From: an uncultured Actinomycetota bacterium
GTDB taxonomy: Bacteria > Actinomycetota > Actinomycetes > Actinomycetales > CAWJMD01
Length of the DNA: 64,000 bases
Assembly: GCA_963700925.1 (NCBI GenBank)
Contig: OY969553.1
Location: forward strand, 3,417,631-3,481,630
Reading direction: 5' to 3'
Shown here: positions 41,304 through 51,771 of the stretch, piece by piece
Layout of the letters: the number at the start of each line of letters is the position of its first letter
Numbering within the stretch: the first letter of the stretch is position 1
Position numbers and translations under genes: made by a program
Notes under the pieces: model-generated
Database searches by the model: none
Seen by the model: only the letters and a program-made list of their open reading frames with translations
What the model was told of the DNA's origin: nothing

Positions 41304-44300
41304 GTGCTGGAGGTGCACCGGTCGGAGTCCGGGCTCTCGCTCGTCTCAGCCCTGGCCGACCTGCTGGCGGTCCCGCCGGCCGACCCCTTCACGCCGGACG
41401 TCGTGGCGGTACCCGCACAGGGCATCGAGAGGTGGCTGGCGCAGCGGCTGTCCCACCGGCTCGGTGTCGGCTCGGACCTCGGTGTTGACTCGGTCCCAGG
41501 TGCCGAGTCGGAGGCGGACGGCGTGTGCGCGCACGTGCTGTTCCCCCGTCCGCAGGCCCTGCTCGACGACGCCGTGTCGGCGGTGAGCGACGAGCACGCG
41601 GCGTCCGTCCAGGCCTGGGAGCCGGCGCGCACCGTCTGGGTCCTGGTCGACCTGCTCGAGCAGGTCGCTTCGGGCGCGCTCGCGGCGTCCGACACCTCGT
41701 TCGACCTGCTGCGGCACCACCTGAAACAGGGTCATGCGGTCCCCACCGGCCGTCGCTACTCGCTCGCCCGGAGAGTGGCCGGCCTCCTCCACGCCTACGC
41801 TGCGTCCCGGCCACAGGTGCTGCGCGACTGGCAGGCCGGTGACGTCAGCGGCGTCCCGGGCGACCTGCGCTGGCAGCCCGAGCTGTGGCGACTGCTGAGG
41901 GCCGAGCTCGGTCCCAGCCCGGCCGAGCTGCTCGACGACGCCTGCACCTTGCTGCGGACCCGTCCCGACGCCGTCAGGCTCCCTGAGCGCTTCAGCCTCT
42001 ACGGTCCGAGCCGCATCGACGCCGCGCGGCTCGACGTGCTCGTCGCTCTCGCCCAGCACCGCAACGTGCACCTGTGGCTGAACCACGCGAGTCCTGCTCT
42101 GTGGCAACAGGTTTCCGCCCTGGCGCCCCGTTCAGACCTTCGGCGGCGCCCCGCTGAGCGTGTCCCGGGAAACGCTCTGCTCGCGTCCCTGAGCCGTGAC
42201 GTCCAGGAGCTGCAGGAGCGCCTGGCCGCTGTCGCTCCCGACCTGACGTCGACCCACCACCCGCCGCCGCCCGTCCCGAGCACGAGCCTCCTCGGGCGGC
42301 TGCTGGTCGACCTGCGTGACGCGTCCCCACCCGGTGCGCCCCTGGTCATGGACACGGGTGACCGCTCCGTGCAGGTCCACGCCTGCCACGGCCGGGCCCG
42401 CCAGGTCGAGGTGCTGCGCGACGTCGTACTGGGCCTGCTCGCCGACGACCCCACGCTCGAACCGCGCGACGTGCTCGTGATGTGCCCCGACGTCGAGACG
42501 TTCGCGCCCCTCGTGACGGCCGCCTTCGGCACCGAGCCCGCTGCGCGGCTGCGCGTGCGGCTCGCTGACCGGTCCCCACGCCAGGTCAACCCCGTTCTCG
42601 CAGTCGTCGGCACCCTTCTCGAGCTGGTGGCCGGACGGGTGACCGCCAGCGCCCTCCTCGCCCTCGCCGGTGCACCCCCGGTGCGCCGGCGGTTCCGGCT
42701 CGACGAGGAGGACCTGGAGCAGCTGCGGGCGTGGACCGTCGACTCCGGTGCGCACTGGGGCCTCGACGGGCCGCACCGCAACGCCTGGAAGATGGGCGCG
42801 ATCGGCTCGGGCACGTGGCGCGTCGCGATGGACCGCGTTCTCAGCGGCGTGGCCCTCGGTGGTTCCGACCAGCCCGTCGGAGGCGTCCTGCCCCTGGATG
42901 GGATCGACTCCGGCGCAGTCGATCTCGCCGGGAGGTTCGCCGAGCTGGTCGACCGCGTCCACGCCGGCGTCGAGGCACTCGGCCGCGACCAGGGGCTGGC
43001 CGACTGGCTCGCCGCGGTCGAGCACGTCACCCTCTCGCTCGTCGACGTGGGCTTCGACGACGCCTGGCAGCTGGTGCAGCTGCGCAGCGAGCTCGGTGAG
43101 ATCCGTGACGCCGCAGAGGCTTCCGCGTCGCCCCTCTCCCTTGCCGACGTTCGGACCATGCTCGACCTACAGCTGCAGGGGCGCCCGACGCGCAGCAGCT
43201 TCAGGTCGGGAGGGCTCACCGTCTGCACGCTCGTCCCCATGCGCTCCGTACCTCACCGGGTCGTCTGCCTGCTGGGCATGGACGACCTCAGCTTCCCGCG
43301 CCGCAGCCGGCCCGACGGCGACGACCTGCTGGCCCGGGAGCCGCACCTCGGCGAGCGTGACCCTCGTAGCGAGGACCGGCAGCTCTTCCTCGACGCCATC
43401 ACGGCAGTGACCGAGAGGCTGGTCGTCGTGTACCAGGGCGCGCACGAGCGCACCGGAGCGCCGCTCCCTCCCGCTGTTCCGGTCGGTGAGCTCCTCGATG
43501 CGATCGACGCCTGCGCCACCACGGCCGACGGCCGTCCGGCGCGCCAGCAGGTCGTGGTGCGTCACCCGCTGCAGCCCTTCGACCCCCGCAACTTCACGCC
43601 CGGCGAGCTCGGACGACCCTCGCCGCTGGCCTTCGACCGTGCGGCCCTGGACGGGGCGCGGTCGAGCCGTGGGCCGCGTGAGTCCCGTCCGCCATTCATC
43701 GCCGGAACGCTCCCGGCGATCCCGCTCGAGGACGTCGTCGAGCTATCGCTCCTCCGATCCTTCCTGAAGAACCCGGCCAACGGTTTCCTGAGGCAACGGC
43801 TGGAGGTTGCCGACCCCTGGGAGGTCGAGCAGCTGGCCGACTCACTGCCGGTCGAGCTCGACGGCCTGGGCAAGTGGAAGATCGGAGAGAGCGTCCTCGC
43901 CGCCCGAATGCGTGGACTCGACGCCGCCACCGTCAGGGCGGCCGAGCTCGCCCGTGGAGCCCTGCCGCCGGATCCGCTCGGCGACCCCGTGCTTCAGGAG
44001 GTGGGGCCGGTCGCCGAGGACCTGCTGCACCGCGCCCTACGGTGGCGAGAGGACGGCTCGGGCAACCCCCTGCCCGTCGAGGCGGTGGACGTCGACGTTC
44101 GCCTCGCCGGCGACCGTCACGTGGTCGGGTCGATCAGCGGTCTGCGAGCCCAGACGCTCCTGCGCGTCTCGTACTCGCGGCTGGCCGCCAACCACCGACT
44201 CGAGGCGTGGATCGACCTGGTCGTGCTGGCGGCGCAGAAGCCCGAGACGGCTTGGGAGGCAGCGGTAGTCGGTCGTGGTACCGGGAAGGCGATCGCGGTG

Positions 44301-44681
44301 TCGCGGCTGCGTGGGCCGACGGCCGAGCGGGCCAACGAGATCCTGCTGGACATGGTGCGCATCCGTGACCTCGGCCTACGGGTGCCGCTGCCGCTGCCCG
44401 TCAAGACGACCGAGGCCTACGCCTTCCAGCGGTGGAAGCAGCGCCCTCCGGCGAGCGCGCTCTACAAGGCAGGCAGCGAGTGGGCGAGCACGTTCGGCTT
44501 TGACAAGGAGGATCGTGCCGCCGAGCACGTGAGGGTGTGGGGTGGCGTGCTGCCACTCGCCGAGCTCGTGAAATGGCAAGCGCCCGAACGCATTCCCGCC
44601 TACGCCGACGAGGGTGACGACTTCGGCCGCCTCGCGTGCCGGCTGTGGTGGGACCTGTTCGAGCACGAGGAGCTGCTGTGA
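41304..44681 (+). CDS. recC: exodeoxyribonuclease V gamma subunit
   Basis: Track ORF 41211..44681, with the start preferred at GTG 41304 (VLEVHRSESGLSLVSALADLL). It is ~1125 aa and is followed by recB with a GTGA overlap. Confidence 0.9.
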   Translation: MLEVHRSESGLSLVSALADLLAVPPADPFTPDVVAVPAQGIERWLAQRLSHRLGVGSDLGVDSVPGAESEADGVCAHVLFPRPQALLDDAVSAVSDEHAASVQAWEPARTVWVLVDLLEQVASGALAASDTSFDLLRHHLKQGHAVPTGRRYSLARRVAGLLHAYAASRPQVLRDWQAGDVSGVPGDLRWQPELWRLLRAELGPSPAELLDDACTLLRTRPDAVRLPERFSLYGPSRIDAARLDVLVALAQHRNVHLWLNHASPALWQQVSALAPRSDLRRRPAERVPGNALLASLSRDVQELQERLAAVAPDLTSTHHPPPPVPSTSLLGRLLVDLRDASPPGAPLVMDTGDRSVQVHACHGRARQVEVLRDVVLGLLADDPTLEPRDVLVMCPDVETFAPLVTAAFGTEPAARLRVRLADRSPRQVNPVLAVVGTLLELVAGRVTASALLALAGAPPVRRRFRLDEEDLEQLRAWTVDSGAHWGLDGPHRNAWKMGAIGSGTWRVAMDRVLSGVALGGSDQPVGGVLPLDGIDSGAVDLAGRFAELVDRVHAGVEALGRDQGLADWLAAVEHVTLSLVDVGFDDAWQLVQLRSELGEIRDAAEASASPLSLADVRTMLDLQLQGRPTRSSFRSGGLTVCTLVPMRSVPHRVVCLLGMDDLSFPRRSRPDGDDLLAREPHLGERDPRSEDRQLFLDAITAVTERLVVVYQGAHERTGAPLPPAVPVGELLDAIDACATTADGRPARQQVVVRHPLQPFDPRNFTPGELGRPSPLAFDRAALDGARSSRGPRESRPPFIAGTLPAIPLEDVVELSLLRSFLKNPANGFLRQRLEVADPWEVEQLADSLPVELDGLGKWKIGESVLAARMRGLDAATVRAAELARGALPPDPLGDPVLQEVGPVAEDLLHRALRWREDGSGNPLPVEAVDVDVRLAGDRHVVGSISGLRAQTLLRVSYSRLAANHRLEAWIDLVVLAAQKPETAWEAAVVGRGTGKAIAVSRLRGPTAERANEILLDMVRIRDLGLRVPLPLPVKTTEAYAFQRWKQRPPASALYKAGSEWASTFGFDKEDRAAEHVRVWGGVLPLAELVKWQAPERIPAYADEGDDFGRLACRLWWDLFEHEELL

Positions 44682-47600
44682 GCGGGGCAGTGCGCGTCGA
44701 CGCGCCCATGGACCTGACCGCCGCCCTTCCGTCCGGCACCAGCGTGCTGGAGGCCAGCGCCGGCACGGGCAAGACGTTCACCATCGCCGGTCTCGTGACG
44801 CGTTACGTCGCCGAGGGGCACGCCCGCATCGACCAGGTGCTCGCGGTGACGTTCGGTGTCGCTGCCACCAGCGAGCTGCGCACGAGGGTCCGCGAGCGGC
44901 TCGTGCTGGTGCGCGACGCACTCGGTGACCCTGAGGCCGCGCGAGCCCATCACGACCCCGTCGTCGTCCATCTGGCCGGCGCCGACGACGCGGAGGTCGC
45001 GCTCCGGCGCGGGCGGCTCGTCACGGCCCTCGCCGACTTCGACTCCGCCACGGTGGCGACCGTGCACGAGTTCTGCCAGCAGGTGCTGAGTGGCCTAGGC
45101 ATCGCTGCCGACACCGACCCGCACGTGCAGCTGGTCGAGAGCCTCTCCGACGTGGTCGACGACGTCGTCGAGGACCTCTACCTGCGACACGCCACGCGTC
45201 CGGGCACCGACCGAAGCGCGCTGACGGCCAAGCAGGCCTTCTCGCTCGCCCGCGTCGCCGTCGACGACCGCCACGCCACTCTGCTGCCGGAACCCACTGC
45301 GGTGGAACGAGACTCGGCTCCCGACCTGCGACGGCGCTACGCCCAGGCCGTCCGCGACGAGCTCGAGCGCCGCACCCGGGCGGCCCGCGTGCTGGGCTTC
45401 GACGACCTGCTGGTCCGCGTTCGTGACGCGCTCGCTGACCCGGTCTCCGGCCCGGTCGCGTGCGAGCGCCTGCGCTCCAGGTTCCGGGTGGTCCTCGTCG
45501 ACGAGTTCCAGGACACCGACCCCGTGCAGTGGGACGTTCTCCGGCTGGCCTTCCACGGTCACTGCACGCTCGTCGTCATCGGCGACCCGAAGCAGGCCAT
45601 CTACGCCTTCCGGGGTGCGGACGTCCGCGCGTACCTGCAGGCCGCCGACGCAGCCGACCACCGGGCCACGCTCGCAACGAACTGGCGCAGCGACCCGCGC
45701 CTCCTGCTGGGGCTCGGCGCGATGTTCCGCCGGGCGGCGCTGGGCGACCCACGCATCGTGGTCCGCCCGGTGAGCGCCGGGTACACGACGCCCCTGCTGG
45801 GACCCCGCGTAGACCGGTCGCCTGTGCGGATCCGTCAGCTGCGCCGTGACGGGCACGAGGTCACCAAGTCGGGCGGACTACCTGTCGAGACCGCCAGGAG
45901 GCTGGTCGCCACCGACGCTGCAACCCAGGTGGCCCGGTTCCTGGCGGAGGGCCTCGAGGTCACCCCTCGGGGCACGACCACCCCGCGTCCCCTGGTCGCC
46001 CGTGACGTCGCCGTCCTCGTCCGCACCCAGAAGCAGGCCGACGCGGTCCGCGAAGAGCTGCTCGCCGTCGGGGTTCCGTGCGTGTTCACCGGCACCAAGA
46101 GCGTCTTCGGGACGGAGGCGGCAAGCGACTGGGTCGTGCTCCTGGAGGGGCTGGAACAGCCGCACCGCAGCGGGCCGGTGCGGCGCGCGGCGCTCACCTC
46201 GCTGATGGGGTGGACGGCGAGCCGCGTCGACGAGCGCGGAGCGGAAGGCAACGACGAGCTCGGCATGATGCTGCGCGACTGGGCAGACGTCCTGGCCGAA
46301 GACGGTGTGGCGGCCCTGTTCTCGCGGATCAGCCATGACCAGGGGCTTGCCGAGCGACTGCTGCACCGAACGGACGGCGAGCGCGTGCTCACCGACCTGC
46401 GGCACGTGGCCGAGGCCCTGCACGAGGTCGCCCTCCGCGAGCAGCTGACGCTCCCCGGGCTGCTGACGTGGCTGCGCGAGCAGGTCGCGCAGGCCGCGGT
46501 CGACCAGGACCAGGAACGCTCCCGGCGCCTCGACACCGACGCCGCGGCGGTCCAGGTGGGCACGGTCCACACCAGCAAGGGGCTCGAGTTCCCTGTCGTT
46601 CTGGTGCCTTTCGGCTGGGACGTCTCCTTCGGCGGTCGCAACACCGAGCGCTTCCCGCGCGCCCACGACGAAACCGGTCACCGCACCGTCCACGTCGGCG
46701 GCCCCGGTTCGCCCGGGTACGACGCCGCGCTCGCGGTCGAGGCGGAGGACGATGCGGGCGAGGAGCTTCGACTGCTCTACGTTGCATCCACACGCGCTAT
46801 CTCGCGCCTGGTGCTCTGGTGGGCGCCGACCTTCAACACCGAGCGCTCGCCTCTGCACCGACTGCTGTGGGCCGAAGACCCCTCTCAGGCGCTGCCGCTG
46901 CAGGTGGCCGTGCCCCCTGACGACGAGGTGCATGACCGACTGCAGCGGCTGGGCGCAGCCGGCGAGGGCCTCGCGGTCGAGGTGGTGAGTGGTGACCCCG
47001 CTCCGAAGGACGGTGGCGCCAAAGGCGTTGAGCCGGAGGCCGACCTAGCCATGTCCGTGCTCGACCGGACGCTCGACGAGGCATGGAGCCGCACGTCGTA
47101 CTCGGGGCTGACCCGAGCTGCCCATGAGGTCGTCGCGCCAGTTCAGTCCGAGCCCGACGTTCGCCTGACCGACGACGAGGGCCAGGAGGCTGTCGCTGAC
47201 CCCGACCTGGAGGGACTGGTGCGGGTGGCTCCGGCGCCGCCACCCAGCACCGACCCGGACGCCCAGTTGCTGGACGTCCCCTCACCGATGGCGGACCTGC
47301 CCGGGGGAGCGGCCTTCGGCACGCTCGTGCACGGCGTGCTGGAGCGGGCCGACCTCTCCACCGGTGACACGCTGAGCGCACTCGTGCAGGCAGCCGAAGT
47401 TGAGATGCGGTGGCGCGCAGAGGGTTTGACACCTCAGGTCCTGGCCGAAGCACTGCTGCCCGCCGTGACGACGCCATGGGGGGCGGTCGCTGACGGCAGG
47501 TCGCTCGCCGACTTCCGTTCGGGCGACCTGCTCCCCGAGCTGGAGTTCGAGCTGCCGCTCGCCGGTGGCGACCTGCCGAGGGCGACGCGCCCGACACGCC

Positions 47601-48112
47601 TCGGCCAGCTGGCCGGTCTCCTGCGTGACCACCTGCCGGAGAGCGACCCGGTGCACCGCTACGCCGACATGCTCGCCGGCCCGGTGCTCGCGTCGCAGCC
47701 TCTGCGCGGCTACCTCACCGGCTCACTCGACCTCGTCGCTCGGGTGGGCGGTCCCGCGTCCCCGCGCTACCTGGTCGTCGACCACAAGACGAACCGTCTC
47801 TCCGAACCCGATCAGCCGCTCACCGCCTGGCACTACCGCCGCTCCGCGCTCGACGACGCCGTGCTGCACGCGCACTACCCGCTGCAGGCGATGCTGTACT
47901 GCGTTGCGCTGCACCGCTTCCTGAGATGGCGGCAGCCGGGATACGACCCGGACGTGCACCTCGGTGGCGTCGTGTACCTCTTCCTTCGCGGGATGTGTGG
48001 CGACGCCGTGGAGCCCCGGTCCGACGGCTTCGTGCCGGGCGTCTGGATCTGGCAGCCGCCGTCCCCCCTCGTGCTGGCTCTGTCGCGCCTGCTGGCGGGT
48101 GATGGCCGATGA
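44678..48112 (+). CDS. recB: exodeoxyribonuclease V beta subunit (UvrD-type helicase plus PD-(D/E)xK nuclease)
   Basis: Track ORF 44636..48112, with GTG 44678. Walker A is EASAGTGKTFT. Other motifs are VDEFQDTDPVQW and the C-terminal nuclease motif LVVDHKTN. Confidence 0.9.
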   Translation: MSGAVRVDAPMDLTAALPSGTSVLEASAGTGKTFTIAGLVTRYVAEGHARIDQVLAVTFGVAATSELRTRVRERLVLVRDALGDPEAARAHHDPVVVHLAGADDAEVALRRGRLVTALADFDSATVATVHEFCQQVLSGLGIAADTDPHVQLVESLSDVVDDVVEDLYLRHATRPGTDRSALTAKQAFSLARVAVDDRHATLLPEPTAVERDSAPDLRRRYAQAVRDELERRTRAARVLGFDDLLVRVRDALADPVSGPVACERLRSRFRVVLVDEFQDTDPVQWDVLRLAFHGHCTLVVIGDPKQAIYAFRGADVRAYLQAADAADHRATLATNWRSDPRLLLGLGAMFRRAALGDPRIVVRPVSAGYTTPLLGPRVDRSPVRIRQLRRDGHEVTKSGGLPVETARRLVATDAATQVARFLAEGLEVTPRGTTTPRPLVARDVAVLVRTQKQADAVREELLAVGVPCVFTGTKSVFGTEAASDWVVLLEGLEQPHRSGPVRRAALTSLMGWTASRVDERGAEGNDELGMMLRDWADVLAEDGVAALFSRISHDQGLAERLLHRTDGERVLTDLRHVAEALHEVALREQLTLPGLLTWLREQVAQAAVDQDQERSRRLDTDAAAVQVGTVHTSKGLEFPVVLVPFGWDVSFGGRNTERFPRAHDETGHRTVHVGGPGSPGYDAALAVEAEDDAGEELRLLYVASTRAISRLVLWWAPTFNTERSPLHRLLWAEDPSQALPLQVAVPPDDEVHDRLQRLGAAGEGLAVEVVSGDPAPKDGGAKGVEPEADLAMSVLDRTLDEAWSRTSYSGLTRAAHEVVAPVQSEPDVRLTDDEGQEAVADPDLEGLVRVAPAPPPSTDPDAQLLDVPSPMADLPGGAAFGTLVHGVLERADLSTGDTLSALVQAAEVEMRWRAEGLTPQVLAEALLPAVTTPWGAVADGRSLADFRSGDLLPELEFELPLAGGDLPRATRPTRLGQLAGLLRDHLPESDPVHRYADMLAGPVLASQPLRGYLTGSLDLVARVGGPASPRYLVVDHKTNRLSEPDQPLTAWHYRRSALDDAVLHAHYPLQAMLYCVALHRFLRWRQPGYDPDVHLGGVVYLFLRGMCGDAVEPRSDGFVPGVWIWQPPSPLVLALSRLLAGDGR

Positions 48113-49992
48113 CCACCACGGCAGGGGCGTCGGGCATCGGTCAGATCGACCTGTCGGCGCGGGTCGCGCTGCGGGCCACCGGTCTGCTGCGCACCTTCAC
48201 CGATGCCGGCGTGCTGCACGCCGCCGACGTGCACGTCGCCGCGCGCCTCGCGCACCTGTGCGGGGAGAGTGACGAGACAGCGGTGCTGGCCGCCGCGCTC
48301 GCCGTGCGAGGCGTTCGGCACGGCTCCGTCATGCTGCGTCTCGCCGACGTCGCCACGACCGTGGTGGCAGACGATGCCGACCCCGAGCGGGCCATCGAGG
48401 GCGAGCTGCCGTGGCCGCCCGCCGACCAGTGGCTGGCCGCCGTCCGCTCGAGTCGGCTCGTGCTCGTGGACGGGGAACCAGAGACACCTGGCGACGAGGC
48501 GCGGCCGCTGCGGATGTGGGGCGACGACCTCTGGCTAGATCGCTACTGGCACATGGAGTCCCGCGTCGCCGACGACCTCCTGATGCGCGCCGCGAACCCC
48601 CCTGTCGTCGATGAGTCGCGCCTTGACAGGGTGCTGTCGCGGCTCTGGCCTGTCCCCGCAGTTGGGGTGGACATCGACCTCGACCAGCGCGAGGCCGCTC
48701 GTATCTGCCTGCACTCCGGCGTCGCCGTGCTCGGAGGCGGTCCGGGAACGGGCAAGACGACCACGGTGGCCCGCGTGCTCGCGGCTCTGCGTGAGCTGGC
48801 GGAGCCGGGGCCTCCACCGCGCATCGCGCTCGCGGCCCCGTCGGCCAAGGCGCGCAACCGCATCCAGGAGTCGCTCGGGCTGGCAGCGCACGACCCGACG
48901 CTCACGCCGGAGGACCGGCAGCTGCTCGCCGCCGTCCCGGCGTCCACGCTGCACAAGCTGATCGGCGCCTACCCCTCGGGCACGCGCTCGCGGTATCGCG
49001 CCGCTAACCCGCTGCCCTACGACGTGGTCGTGCTCGACGAGACCTCGATGGTGTCGCTGTCGATGTTCCACCGGCTGCTCGACGCGCTGCGGCCGCACGC
49101 GCGGCTTGTGCTGGTGGGCGACCCCGACCAGCTGGCCTCGGTGGAGGCCGGTGCGGTGCTGTCGGACCTCGACGCGATCGCCGGCCTAGGGTCGGTCGGC
49201 AGAGGCGTCGCGCGGCTGGTCACCAACCGACGCTCCGGCGACCAGCCTGCGCTCACGGCGCTGGCCGCTGCCGTCCGCGAGGGTGATGCCGATGCCGTCG
49301 TCGAGGTGCTCGGTCAGGGCGTGCCCGGCGTCGTGTGGCACGAGGTGGCCGACGACCAGCCCCTGCCCGCAAGCGTTTTGGGGGAGGTGCGTCACCGGAT
49401 GCTCGCCGTCACGCGGGTGACCGGTCCGGCGGCACGGTCCGGCGACGCCGCCAGCGCGGTGGCGGCGCTCGATCGGCATCGGCTGCTGTGCGCGCACCGG
49501 CGAGGTCCGCGCGGGGTGGCGTACTGGAACGCGCTGGTGCAGCGGTGGGTGGTCGACGACGACCCCGAAGCACTGGTGCGGCGCGACGGCCGCTACCCGG
49601 GACTCCCGCTGCTCGTCACGGAGAACGACTACGAGAACCAGCTGTGGAACGGGGACACCGGGGTCGTCGTGGCCGGTTCGGCCGCCGGGACCCTGGAGGT
49701 CGTCATCGGCCGAGGCACGGTGCTGACCGCTCCGATCCCCCTCGGGCGGCTGTCAGCGGCGTCGGCCATGCACGCGATGACCGTCTACAAGAGCCAAGGT
49801 TCGGAGTTCGACGCCGTGACACTGCTTCTGCCGCTGGCCGACTCGCCACTCGCCACGCGAGAGACCCTCTACACCGCAGTCACGCGTGCGCGGTCCGAGG
49901 TCTTCGTCGTCGGGTCTGAGGCGGCGGTGCGGGCCTGCGTCAGTCGGCGGGCCTTGCGGGCAACAGGGCTCGGACGGCGACTGGCGCCCTAG
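48109..49992 (+). CDS. recD: exodeoxyribonuclease V alpha subunit
   Basis: Track ORF of 627 aa with an ATGA overlap with recB. Motifs are GGGPGTGKTT, VVLDETSMV and TVYKSQGSEFD. Confidence 0.9.
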   Translation: MTTTAGASGIGQIDLSARVALRATGLLRTFTDAGVLHAADVHVAARLAHLCGESDETAVLAAALAVRGVRHGSVMLRLADVATTVVADDADPERAIEGELPWPPADQWLAAVRSSRLVLVDGEPETPGDEARPLRMWGDDLWLDRYWHMESRVADDLLMRAANPPVVDESRLDRVLSRLWPVPAVGVDIDLDQREAARICLHSGVAVLGGGPGTGKTTTVARVLAALRELAEPGPPPRIALAAPSAKARNRIQESLGLAAHDPTLTPEDRQLLAAVPASTLHKLIGAYPSGTRSRYRAANPLPYDVVVLDETSMVSLSMFHRLLDALRPHARLVLVGDPDQLASVEAGAVLSDLDAIAGLGSVGRGVARLVTNRRSGDQPALTALAAAVREGDADAVVEVLGQGVPGVVWHEVADDQPLPASVLGEVRHRMLAVTRVTGPAARSGDAASAVAALDRHRLLCAHRRGPRGVAYWNALVQRWVVDDDPEALVRRDGRYPGLPLLVTENDYENQLWNGDTGVVVAGSAAGTLEVVIGRGTVLTAPIPLGRLSAASAMHAMTVYKSQGSEFDAVTLLLPLADSPLATRETLYTAVTRARSEVFVVGSEAAVRACVSRRALRATGLGRRLAP

Positions 49993-49997
49993 ATCTG
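49939..49997. repeat. left copy of ~55-bp imperfect direct repeat (last 51 nt of recD plus AGATCTG)
   Basis: GTCAGTCGGCGGGCCTTGCGGGCAACAGGGCTCGGACGGCGACTGGCGCCCTAGATCTG. The 25-nt perfect core TGCGGGCAACAGGGCTCGGACGGCG is at 49955..49979. Confidence 0.85.
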
Positions 49998-50009
49998 CAG
50001 ACCCCTCTT

Positions 50010-50146
50010 GCCCATCGCTGGCTGACCGCTCTCGCCCCAATCGTTGGCTGACCGCTTTCGCCCCCATCGTTGGCCTCGTTAACGAGGCGAACGCACCGTT
50101 AACGAGGCTCGCAAGCCTCGTGAAGGTGCACGGAGCCTCGTGAAGT
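50010..50146. repeat. nested short repeats and palindromes
   Basis: There are 2.5 tandem ~25-bp units GCCC(C)ATCG(C/T)TGGCTGACCGCT(C/T)TC. There is a perfect 16-bp palindrome GCCTCGTTAACGAGGC, GTTAACGAGGC twice, the hairpin GAGGC-TCGCAA-GCCTC, and GCCTCGTGAAG twice. Confidence 0.8.
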
Positions 50147-50260
50147 AGTCCCGGTGCGCGACCCGGGTCCCGTTGTTGTGACCGAAACTCGGTGTCCAAC
50201 ATTTGGATTCACAGGTCGACCCGACCCGGGGCTGTCGGTGCTGGTCTCTAGGGTCGGGGT

Positions 50261-51769
50261 ATGTCGATCACCGAAGAGCGCGGGCGGCACGATGTGCTGG
50301 CCGGGATCGGCATGGTCCGTCAGGGCCTGGACCTGCTGCTCGGCGCGGACGGACGGGCGTGGTCACTGACCGACGCCCAGGTCCATGACGCGATCGTTGA
50401 CCTGAGCGTGCAGGCCAACCGGCTGGAGGCCGCCCGCCTGTCTTTGGTGCGGGCTTCGGTGGCGCGTGAGGACGACCCGAACGCGCCGCGGGCGACGGTG
50501 CAGGTGCTCAAGCGTCGGTGCCGGCAGACCGGCGGGCGATCCCGTGCCGACATCGACAACGCCGCCCTGACCTGCCCCACCTCCGGGACGCTGCGATCCC
50601 TGGGTGCGGCGCTGGCCCAGGGAGCGGTGACTCCCGCGCATGTCGATGTGGCCCGTCGGTGCCTGACCCGGATCCCCACCAGGCTGGTGACGGCACACCG
50701 CGAGCTGGTCGACGCCGAGCTGACCCGCCGCGCCCGCGACTGGGACAGCGGCACCGCCGAACACCTCGCAGCCCACCTGCTGTCGCGGATCGCCCCACAC
50801 GCCTCCGACCGGTACGACCCCGAGGCCCTGCACCGCCGCCAGCTCGCCACCGCCACCGACTCCACCGGGATGCTGCTGATCCGCGGCCAGCTCGACCCAG
50901 CCGGCGGCGCCAAGGTCCGCTCCGTGCTGGACCACCTGTCCAACCTCAACCGGCACCTCCCCACCCCCGACCACACCGCAACCGACCCCACCGACCAGAC
51001 CGACCAGACCGAGCTGGTCGTGCCGGACCTGCGCACCCTGGGCCAACGACGCGCCGACGCCCTGGTCACGATGGCCGCGCTCGCCGCAGAGCAGCTGAAC
51101 CTGACCACCGACCCCGAAACCGGCCACCACACCCATGGCCTGCGCCCGGCTAGGGCGGTCCCGCGGATCGTCGTCCAGACCACCCCGGACCAGCTGGCCT
51201 CAAGCCCAGCCAACGCTGCGGGTGACGACGCGGGCCCCGGTGGCTGCACGTACTCAGACGGTGGTCTTCTCGACCCAGGCACCCTGCAGCGACTGGCCTG
51301 CGACGCCGTCATCGACCGGGTGCTCCTGTCCCCGACCGGACGCGTCCTGCGGATGGACACCCTGGGCCGGCTCGCCACCGAGGCCCAGCTCACCGCGCTG
51401 GCCACCCGAGACGGCGGCTGCGTCTGGCCCGGCTGCGCTGCGCCGGCGTCGATCTGCGAAGCGCACCACATCACCTGGTGGTCACGCGGCGGCAAAACCG
51501 TGATCGAGAACCTCGCCCTGCTCTGTCCCGTCCACCACACCCGCATCCACGCCGAACCCGACGACCGAACCGGCTGGCACATCACCATCCAAGACGGCAT
51601 CCCCTGGTTCATCCCACCCGACCACGCCGACCCCCACCGAACACCCGTCCGCAACACCCTGCGCGACGCCGTCCACGACACCAGACGCGTCGGCGACCAA
51701 CTCCGCCTCACCCTCAACGACACCTGGGCATGGACCACGGCCCTCGATCCGCCGCAGCCCAACAGCTGA
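50261..51769 (+). CDS. HNH endonuclease with N-terminal DUF222 domain (13E12-repeat family)
   Basis: Track ORF of 502 aa. The HNH motif is DGGCVWPGCAAPASICEAHHITWWSRGGKTVIENLALLCPVHHTRIH. Confidence 0.9.
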   Translation: MSITEERGRHDVLAGIGMVRQGLDLLLGADGRAWSLTDAQVHDAIVDLSVQANRLEAARLSLVRASVAREDDPNAPRATVQVLKRRCRQTGGRSRADIDNAALTCPTSGTLRSLGAALAQGAVTPAHVDVARRCLTRIPTRLVTAHRELVDAELTRRARDWDSGTAEHLAAHLLSRIAPHASDRYDPEALHRRQLATATDSTGMLLIRGQLDPAGGAKVRSVLDHLSNLNRHLPTPDHTATDPTDQTDQTELVVPDLRTLGQRRADALVTMAALAAEQLNLTTDPETGHHTHGLRPARAVPRIVVQTTPDQLASSPANAAGDDAGPGGCTYSDGGLLDPGTLQRLACDAVIDRVLLSPTGRVLRMDTLGRLATEAQLTALATRDGGCVWPGCAAPASICEAHHITWWSRGGKTVIENLALLCPVHHTRIHAEPDDRTGWHITIQDGIPWFIPPDHADPHRTPVRNTLRDAVHDTRRVGDQLRLTLNDTWAWTTALDPPQPNS

Positions 51770-51771
51770 TC

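Larger units (their letters stand above)
49998..51771 (+). mobile_element. DUF222/HNH (REP13E12-like) insertion unit
   Basis: A 1.77-kb segment made of a repeat-rich leader plus an HNH gene. It lies exactly between the two copies of the recD-end repeat. Confidence 0.5.

Noticed and set aside
50190-50215. GGTGTCCA...ATTTGG upstream of the HNH gene resembling GGTGTCCATTTAGTGTCCAGATTGG at 24315.
   Set aside because: Only an 8-mer plus a loose AT patch is shared. This is insufficient to link the two elements.
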